DNA of 32,836 nucleotides from Acidaminococcaceae bacterium. GTDB lineage: Bacteria; Actinomycetota; Actinomycetes; Actinomycetales; Bifidobacteriaceae. The stretch lies in the NCBI GenBank assembly GCA_963619075.1, contig CAVEVJ010000022.1:1-32836 (forward strand), read 5' to 3'. Positions 9,799 to 16,753 of the stretch are shown here, piece after piece; positions within the stretch are counted from its first letter, which is position 1, and each line of letters opens with the position of its first letter. A model generated the notes under the pieces. The model had not been told where the DNA came from. It searched no databases and saw nothing but the letters and a program-made list of their open reading frames with translations. The position numbers and the translations under genes were made by a program.

Positions 9799-11457
9799 AT
9801 GATCAAGCTGGATGCCATCATTGAAAACGGCAATATCCAAACCATGGATCCGCAGCATCCGTATGCGAACCGTATAGGAATCTTCGACGGCAAGATCATA
9901 GGCGTCGACGATGAGATCGAAGGCCTTGACGCCAAGGAACATGTGGACTTGCAAGGCAGGTACGCATGCCCCGGATTCAATGACGTGCACATGCATTTCT
10001 CCCTGCTGGGAGCCAACCTCAACCAGGTGGATCTGCGCAAGCAGACCATATCCACCATGCAGGAGCTGTATCAGAAGGTTGAGCAAGCCTGCCTTGAGGC
10101 TCCGGAAGGCGAATGGGTTCTCGGATGGGGTTTCGACCAGTTCTCGCTCGGCGCGTTCCCGGACATCGACGTTCTTGACGCCATATCGCACGGGCATCCG
10201 GTTCTGGTGCTGCATCTCACCAACCATGCCGCGGTCATCAACACGGAAGCCTTCCGACGTGGAGGCTACGAGCATCCCGACGAAATCGACATTCCCGATC
10301 TGGTCATCAAGGAAAACGGCAAGGCCACGGGACTCGTCAAAGACAAGATGTGCTTCATGTTCACCGGCATAGCCAATCGTGTGACGGAACGAACGCTGCT
10401 GCACCAGCTGAAGCTCGCCGCCGATCAGACGCTGGCGGACGGCATTACCAGCTATTCCGACGCCGGCACCGGCACGGATCGCAATTGGGAAGGCATCGGA
10501 CAGTCCCCGTACGATGTCGGTCTGTTCCAGACCGCATACGAGCAGGGGCTCATCCAACAGCGCGGCACGTTGATGCCGTATTTCTCGGCCTTCCACGATC
10601 TTGGACAGCTTGCCGGAGACCTTCCTGAAGGATTCGGACTCGATTTGGGCATCCGCACCGGTTTTGAAGGCGGGCTGCTGGATATCGGTCCGTTCAAAAT
10701 CATTCTCGATGGCGCGTTCAACAGCATGAGCGCGTATCTCAAGGAGCCGTACGTCAATCAGCCCGACAACCATGGCGTGTTCAGCTGGGATCCGGAAGCC
10801 TTCAAGGAGCAGGTGGCGAAGCTGCATCGCCAAGGATGGCGCATGGCCGTGCATGCCATCGGCGATCAGGCCGTGGATATCGCGTTGGACGCCATCGAGA
10901 ACGCGCAGCGCCTCTACCCGAGGAAAGACATTCGCCACCGTCTCGAACATTGCGGCCTGTGCAGCGAATCGACGGTCGAACGCATCATCCGCGACGGAAT
11001 CGTGCCGAATCCGCAAGGAAGCTTCATCAAAAACAACGGCGACGGATATCTGCCGCTGCTAGGGGAGGAACGGGCAAGGCACGTATACCGGATGGGCTCG
11101 TTCGTGCACAAGGGCGCGATCATCCCCGGATCCACCGACGCCCCATGCGCCCCGCTCGCCCCGATGACCTCAATCGAAGGCATGGTCAGCAGAAAAACGG
11201 CCAACGGTTTCATCCTCGGAGAAAACGAACGCCTGACGATCGACGAAGCGCTCTACGCGTACACATACGGCAGCGCGTACGCCTCGTGCAAGGAAAATGT
11301 GCTCGGCAGCCTGTCGAGAGGAAAGTACGCGGATCTTGCGGTGCTCGACGAAGATCCCCACGACGTGGACGTCGACGCCCTGCATGAAGTGACGGTGGCT
11401 CAAACCATCGTCGGAGGCAAGGTTCTGTACGAAAAGTCGGATTTCGCGGGAAAGTAA
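9799..11457 (+). CDS. Metal-dependent amidohydrolase (Amidohydro_3, YtcJ/NfdA-like)
   Basis: PGFNDVHMH metal motif, KIILDG, VHAIGD, RLEHC, GSTDAP, GSLSRGKYADLAVLD, TIVGGKVLY. Confidence 0.9.
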   Translation: MIKLDAIIENGNIQTMDPQHPYANRIGIFDGKIIGVDDEIEGLDAKEHVDLQGRYACPGFNDVHMHFSLLGANLNQVDLRKQTISTMQELYQKVEQACLEAPEGEWVLGWGFDQFSLGAFPDIDVLDAISHGHPVLVLHLTNHAAVINTEAFRRGGYEHPDEIDIPDLVIKENGKATGLVKDKMCFMFTGIANRVTERTLLHQLKLAADQTLADGITSYSDAGTGTDRNWEGIGQSPYDVGLFQTAYEQGLIQQRGTLMPYFSAFHDLGQLAGDLPEGFGLDLGIRTGFEGGLLDIGPFKIILDGAFNSMSAYLKEPYVNQPDNHGVFSWDPEAFKEQVAKLHRQGWRMAVHAIGDQAVDIALDAIENAQRLYPRKDIRHRLEHCGLCSESTVERIIRDGIVPNPQGSFIKNNGDGYLPLLGEERARHVYRMGSFVHKGAIIPGSTDAPCAPLAPMTSIEGMVSRKTANGFILGENERLTIDEALYAYTYGSAYASCKENVLGSLSRGKYADLAVLDEDPHDVDVDALHEVTVAQTIVGGKVLYEKSDFAGK

Positions 11458-11544
11458 CGACTACGAAAGCTGCCGGCCATATGGAAAGCGCAGCATTGCG
11501 CGTATCAAGGTTCGGTGGCCGAACGGCGGAATTGGAGGAATTCC

Positions 11545-12639
11545 ATGCATGATCTGAGCGGATATCAGGCAATCGCAACACCGCATGAACAAGTGTCGGA
11601 GGATCAGGCGGCTGCGCTGCTGGAACGTGAGTACGGATTGCGGGGCGCGGTGCTGCACCGCATCACCACGGAACGCGACGATACCTTCGAAGTGGCTTTT
11701 CCGCAATCGCGGGAAACGGACGCGGAATCGAATATTGAACCGGACGCGGATCGCCACTATATCCTGAAAATCGAAAATCCCGCGGAATCCTACGAGACCA
11801 TATTGCTGCGCGCGAACGTGCTGCGTCTCCTGCAAGCCGAGGACCCCCAGGTGCCGGCCACCCGGCTGGTCGCATGCGAGGATGGCGGACTACTGTCTTG
11901 CCATGGCGGCGATGAGACGAAACGGTGGGCCACCCTGACCACATTCCTTCCGGGAAGCGTGCTTTCGGGGAAGGACGAACGCCCCACGGAACCGCTGTTG
12001 CAGGACATCGGCAACAAGCTGGCGCGCATGCAGCAGGTGCTCGCCTCACGCAACGATTATCAGGATGAATTGGGACGAGTGCTGTGGGACGTTCGGCTGC
12101 TTCCATTGCTCGCCGAAGACATTCTGCCGATCATCTCCGATGCGCAGACCCGCGGGTTCGTCGAACGCGCGGTACGTGATTACGTAAGCGTCGAACAGGA
12201 AATTGAAAGTCTGCCCGAAACCCTGTGCCACGGCGATTTCCACCCGGGCAACATAACCGTGCGCGACGATGATCCGAACAACATCGCGGGCATCCTCGAT
12301 TTCGGAGACATGCACAAGATGCCCGCGGTGTGCGATTTGGGCACCTGCCTCGCATACCTTGCCGACGACCATGCCTCCCGTCCGTTCCTGCCCTGTGCCG
12401 AGACGGTACGTGGATACCTTCGCATCAATTCCGGCATGAGCAAGGACGAGCTGCGACTGCTTCCCGGCATCATCGAAGCCCGGTACGCGCTGATCATCCT
12501 GCTTCCCACGTTGGTGGAGCACGTCACCGGCCCCAAGGAAGGCCATTATCTTTCCGATCCGGTTTCGCGCGCTCGCAGACTTGCCGGAATGCAGAATTAC
12601 GGATTCGACGCGGTTCTGCGGGATCTTTTCGGTGAGTGA
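11545..12639 (+). CDS. APH/choline-kinase-fold phosphotransferase (hydroxylysine kinase / homoserine kinase type II-like)
   Basis: GGAGG RBS before ATG 11545; ERDDTF, YILKI, LWDV, catalytic HGDFHPGNI, ILDFGD. Confidence 0.85.
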   Translation: MHDLSGYQAIATPHEQVSEDQAAALLEREYGLRGAVLHRITTERDDTFEVAFPQSRETDAESNIEPDADRHYILKIENPAESYETILLRANVLRLLQAEDPQVPATRLVACEDGGLLSCHGGDETKRWATLTTFLPGSVLSGKDERPTEPLLQDIGNKLARMQQVLASRNDYQDELGRVLWDVRLLPLLAEDILPIISDAQTRGFVERAVRDYVSVEQEIESLPETLCHGDFHPGNITVRDDDPNNIAGILDFGDMHKMPAVCDLGTCLAYLADDHASRPFLPCAETVRGYLRINSGMSKDELRLLPGIIEARYALIILLPTLVEHVTGPKEGHYLSDPVSRARRLAGMQNYGFDAVLRDLFGE

Positions 12640-12718
12640 TTGCCGGGCGGCCATTGAAGCCGGTCGGCGATTGACATCGATCGGACATTGAAGTTTTGAG
12701 ATTCATGAGGAAAGGAAC

Positions 12719-14125
12719 ATGGTTATGAAAGTTGCAAAAGGACGCAGTACTTTGGCCAACGCGTTCGACTTTTCCAAGGAGCCGGACTATTTGACGCCAG
12801 ACGAGGCCGATCTGCTTCGCCGTCGCAAGAACGTTCTCGGCACGTTGGGACCGCTGTTCTACGATCATCCGATTCATGTGGTGCGTGGCAGTGAGGCCCA
12901 CCTGTTCGATGCGGCCGGCACCGATTATCTGGACTGCTATAACAATGTGGCCTGCGTGGGCCATGCCAATGAGCATGTTCGTGAAGCGGTGGCCGATCAG
13001 CTGGCCAAGCAGGACACGCATTCACGTTATCTTCAGGATGAGATCATCGACTATGCGGAGCGGCTTCTTGGATATTTCACTCCCGACTACGGCAGTGTGA
13101 CCGATCCGTATCTCGGCGGATTCGACCGCGTGAGCTTCACCAATTCGGGTTCCGAATCCAACGATCTCGCATTGCGTATGGCAAGGGTGTATACGGGCGC
13201 GCAGGGCGTTGTGGTCACGGATAACGCATACCACGGCGTCACTTCGCTGGTGTCTTCCGTATCTCCGAACTTCGGAACGGGCGTTCCACTCGCGCCGTTC
13301 CTGGCCACCGTGCGCGTGTCCGACGTGCTTTCCCAGCTAAGCACGGGCGCGATGGGCGGCGAGGAAGTCACCCAGATTCTTCTGCAGCGTTTCGAGGAAG
13401 CCTTCGAAAAGCTGCATAACGGGGGCTTCGGTGTGTCCGCCGTGTTGCTCGACCAGATTTTCTCGTCCGACGGCGTGCTCCCGGGGAACGCGGGATGGGT
13501 TGCCGCGGTGGCACAGGCCACGCATAATGCGGGCGGTCTGTTGATCGCCGACGAGGTCCAGTCGGGATTCGCGAGGACGGGAGAGGCGTTCTGGGGCTTC
13601 CAGCGTCATCATGCCGACGCGGATATCGTGAGCATGGGCAAGCCGATGGGCAACGGCATTCCGGTCGGAGCCGTCGTCTACAAGTCGCCGATTGGCGATG
13701 CCTTGGCCTCCTGCACCCGGTATTTCAACACGTTTGGCGGCAATCCGGTATCCATGCGTGCCGCCGGTGCCGTATTGGACGAGATTGAAAATCGTGATCT
13801 GCTGCAGCATGCAAAGACCATGGGAGACCGTATCTGCGCCGATATGGAGGCGTTGCTGGGCGACACCCCGCGATTCCTGATGACTCGCCATGCCGGACTG
13901 TTCATCGGCATCGACATCGGTGCGGCGGACGGTTCCGGCGCTCCGGACGCTTTGGGCGCACGAAAGATCATCAGCGCTCTGCGGGATCGCAATATTCTGA
14001 TCTCGGCTTCCGGTGCAAGCGGAAGCTCGCTGAAGCTGCGTCCTCCGCTGGTATTCTCGGATGCCGACGAAGCCCGTCTGATGCAAGCCGTCGAGGACAT
14101 GAAGAAGGAAGATCTCTTCGGCTGA
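12719..14125 (+). CDS. Class III PLP-dependent aminotransferase-family protein, probable amino-alcohol phosphate phospho-lyase (PHYKPL/ETNPPL-like)
   Basis: YLDCYNNVACVGH, FTNSGSESNDLALRMAR, AYHG, IFSSDG, IADEVQSGFAR, SMGKPMGNG (PLP lysine), YFNTFGGNPVS, LKLRPPL. Confidence 0.85.
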   Translation: MVMKVAKGRSTLANAFDFSKEPDYLTPDEADLLRRRKNVLGTLGPLFYDHPIHVVRGSEAHLFDAAGTDYLDCYNNVACVGHANEHVREAVADQLAKQDTHSRYLQDEIIDYAERLLGYFTPDYGSVTDPYLGGFDRVSFTNSGSESNDLALRMARVYTGAQGVVVTDNAYHGVTSLVSSVSPNFGTGVPLAPFLATVRVSDVLSQLSTGAMGGEEVTQILLQRFEEAFEKLHNGGFGVSAVLLDQIFSSDGVLPGNAGWVAAVAQATHNAGGLLIADEVQSGFARTGEAFWGFQRHHADADIVSMGKPMGNGIPVGAVVYKSPIGDALASCTRYFNTFGGNPVSMRAAGAVLDEIENRDLLQHAKTMGDRICADMEALLGDTPRFLMTRHAGLFIGIDIGAADGSGAPDALGARKIISALRDRNILISASGASGSSLKLRPPLVFSDADEARLMQAVEDMKKEDLFG

Positions 14126-14224
14126 TGCCGAGGTGGCGTTGATTCGTTATCGGAAGCGAAGTCGAGGTGGTGCCGAACTACTGTTGGATTGGTTCTGGTT
14201 AAGGAAGGTTCGGAAGGGTTCCGT

Positions 14225-15559
14225 ATGAAGAGTAGGGTTTCGATGGGCGGTTCCCGCGCCTATCTGATGTGGGCGTTGGGCATGGCCGGATATATTTTCG
14301 CGGCCGCGTGCAGGTCGTCTCTTTCGGCAAGCGGAACCCAGGCCGCCGAACAGTTCCATACGACCAGCGCTGCGTTGTCGTCGTTCGTCTATCTGCAGTT
14401 GTTCGTGTATGCGATCATGCAGATTCCCGCCGGCGTGCTGCTGGACAGGTTCGGCCCGCGTCGGCTTATCACGTCGGGATGCCTGTTGATGGCGATCGGT
14501 CAGGCGCTGATGGCGTTGGCGCTGTCGACTCCGGTGGCGGTGTTGGGACGCGCCATTGTGGGTGCGGGCGATGCCACGATCTTCATTTCCGTGGTGCGGT
14601 TGTCGGCGTCGTGGTTTCCTCTGCGCAGATTGCCGTTGATCAATCAGCTGACGGGGCAGATCGGTAGCGTCGGGCAGATCATATCCGTATACCCGTTCGT
14701 GTGGCTGATGGACGCGCAAGGCTGGACTGCCGCGTTCCTGACGGCTTCGGGAACGGGAGTGTTCATTGCGTTCTGCGTGGTGCTCTGCGTGCGAGATAAT
14801 CCGAACCAGTATGGTTTGAAATCCGGAGCGTCGGGAAAGGAAATCGATTTGTCCGCGGTTCTGGGCGGCCTGCGTAAGGCTCTGCGTGTGCCCGGCACGT
14901 TCTGCGGATTCTGGGTGCATAACATAACGTGGTTCTCCAATAGCGTGATGAGCCAGCTGTGGGGTATTCCGTTCCTCATGGCGGTGGAGCAGTACAGCAA
15001 GCAGCAGGCGAGTGCCTTCCTGGCCATCGGTGTGGTGCTGTGCCTGCTGTGGGCTGTGCCGTATGGGCAGATAGCGGCGAAGCATCCGGTTCACGGGAGG
15101 GCCATAATCGTCTACGCGTCGGTCTTGGCGCAGATGTTCGTGTGGGCTGTGCTGCTCGTGGTTCCGGGCCCTCATCCCGTGTGGCTGATGGGTCTGCTGC
15201 TGATCGCTTTGTCGAGTGGCGTCTCCGCGGCCAGTGTTGCGTTCGACTACGTGAGGGACACCAACGAAATCGAGAATCTGGGGTCGGCTACGGGGTTCGC
15301 CAATATCGGCGGTTTCCTTTCGAGTGAACTTGCCTTGCTGGGAGTGGGTGTTCTGCTCGACGTCCAGCATGCCTCGACTCCCGCGTTGTACACGTCTCAG
15401 GTCATGCGCGTTGCGTTCTGCGTGCAGTTCCCGCTGTGGATTATAGGATTGATCGGTTTCACCGTTACCCTGCCTGGAACGCTGCGAATCGTCAGGCGTC
15501 GATTTCGTCGAATCAGTGAGAATCTTGCTTCACAGTCGGATGCAAAGTCGGAGTTGTAG
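14225..15559 (+). CDS. MFS transporter
   Basis: About 12 hydrophobic segments; motif A GVLLDRFGPRR; GSATGFANIGGF. Start uncertain (14225 or 14243). Confidence 0.88.
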   Translation: MKSRVSMGGSRAYLMWALGMAGYIFAAACRSSLSASGTQAAEQFHTTSAALSSFVYLQLFVYAIMQIPAGVLLDRFGPRRLITSGCLLMAIGQALMALALSTPVAVLGRAIVGAGDATIFISVVRLSASWFPLRRLPLINQLTGQIGSVGQIISVYPFVWLMDAQGWTAAFLTASGTGVFIAFCVVLCVRDNPNQYGLKSGASGKEIDLSAVLGGLRKALRVPGTFCGFWVHNITWFSNSVMSQLWGIPFLMAVEQYSKQQASAFLAIGVVLCLLWAVPYGQIAAKHPVHGRAIIVYASVLAQMFVWAVLLVVPGPHPVWLMGLLLIALSSGVSAASVAFDYVRDTNEIENLGSATGFANIGGFLSSELALLGVGVLLDVQHASTPALYTSQVMRVAFCVQFPLWIIGLIGFTVTLPGTLRIVRRRFRRISENLASQSDAKSEL

Positions 15560-15611
15560 CGACTCTGGTTGCGATGCTGCCGACCGTAGCTTCCCGATCG
15601 CAACTTCCTGG

Positions 15612-16397
15612 TCATAGCACTCCGGGCGCTATGTCGTGGTCCGCAAGCCATGCGCGCAGATCGCTGAATTCCTCAAGGCTGACTGAATGGTCGAGTCCGC
15701 GGTAACTTTTCGACGTCAGGAACGTGTGCTCGTCCAGCCATGCCGAGGTCGCGAAAAGCTCCGGCTTCGGAATCACCGTGTCGCTGTTGCCGTAGCCGTA
15801 GAACACCGGTTTGTTGAGCGGGGCAAGGCGTTTGTCCGCCGGGGCGGTGCCGGCAACCGATCCCGACGCAAGAAAACCGGAAAGTGAGATCGCGGCAAGG
15901 TAGCGTTCCGGATTGACGCGTAGCAGGTGAATCGCAAGCAATCCGCCCTGTGAGAATCCGATGGGCACAACGGAACGGTCCTGCGTAACGTTTTCGGAAA
16001 CCCAATTGTCGATGGCGACTGCCGCGGCATAAGCGTCGCGGTCCAAATCGTCTCCGGACGGCACGCAGTCATGGAACCATGAGTATGCGCCCTTGCTGAA
16101 ACCGAAGCCTGCGAAACCAGCCTTCTGCAACACCAAGGGAGCTCGCAGTGAAGCGAAATCGTTGTACGGCGCAACGTAGCGCATCATGTCGGCCAGGTCT
16201 TCCTCGTTCGATCCCCAGCCGTGCAGGCATAGGAACAGCGGTCGTTTCGGCGCGGCATTGCCTCCGCCGCGCGAATACTGCACCTGCGTGACCTGCAAGG
16301 GTTCTCCGAAACGGCCGGGAACCACGTTCGATTCACGTCCGATCAGATTGTTGTCCGAATTGCCGTCGATTGCGTTGTTTTCGGTTGCTTCGCTCAT
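15612..16397 (-). CDS. Alpha/beta hydrolase (phospholipase/carboxylesterase family)
   Basis: LHGWGSNE, nucleophile elbow GFSQGG, D in DTVIP, H in GLDHSV. Confidence 0.9.
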   Translation of the reverse strand: MSEATENNAIDGNSDNNLIGRESNVVPGRFGEPLQVTQVQYSRGGGNAAPKRPLFLCLHGWGSNEEDLADMMRYVAPYNDFASLRAPLVLQKAGFAGFGFSKGAYSWFHDCVPSGDDLDRDAYAAAVAIDNWVSENVTQDRSVVPIGFSQGGLLAIHLLRVNPERYLAAISLSGFLASGSVAGTAPADKRLAPLNKPVFYGYGNSDTVIPKPELFATSAWLDEHTFLTSKSYRGLDHSVSLEEFSDLRAWLADHDIAPGVL

Positions 16398-16475
16398 GAC
16401 TTCAATATAGCGCGTTGCGATGTCGTGGAACGTGGCCGTATTGTGCTGGCTTGGGATTGCTGCTGACGCTGTTGG

Positions 16476-16511
16476 AAAAAAGAAACCCCGGCGTTGCTGT
16501 CGACGCCGGGG
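16476..16511 (-). terminator. Rho-independent terminator
   Basis: Minus strand CCCCGGCGTCG-ACAG-CAACGCCGGGG followed by TTTCTTTTTT. Confidence 0.85.
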
Positions 16512-16592
16512 AGAGAGAAAGGAGAGAGAAGAAGAAAGGGTTCAATTTTCGGGAACTTGCTGCGGTTCCTGGTCGGCTTGTTCTGCTGACAT
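16476..16592 (-). ncRNA. Candidate small RNA with CU-rich anti-SD tract
   Basis: Minus strand: AT-rich TTATATAAG (about 16595-16603), non-coding body, CCCTTTCTTCTTCTCTCTCCTTTCTCTCT tract, then a terminator; 5' end approximate. Confidence 0.5.
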
Positions 16593-16691
16593 TTCTTATA
16601 TAACCATGCGATGCTGTGCACAGGTCTGATGTTTTCTGTGAACTTCCTGAGAATTGTGAGCTTCTTTTGAAGTCGGATGAAAAACGTGTGG

Positions 16692-16707
16692 TGTTTCACG
16701 TGAAACA
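16692..16707. promoter_or_regulatory. parS: parS centromere-like site (ParB binding)
   Basis: Exact TGTTTCACGTGAAACA, the canonical bacterial parS palindrome, inside a perfect 30-bp palindrome at 16685-16714. Confidence 0.88.
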
Positions 16708-16753
16708 CCACACGCGAGGTCGTGTATGTTGCTGTGTGTTGCGGTGAATGAGG

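Noticed and set aside
11545..12639. Aminoglycoside resistance gene
   Set aside because: The fold is shared, but length, motifs and operon context favour a metabolic kinase.
16394..16711. Small ORFs in the esterase-antiporter spacer (e.g. MVFHVKHH...)
   Set aside because: FHVKH is simply the translated parS palindrome; the ORFs cross a terminator and a low-complexity tract.
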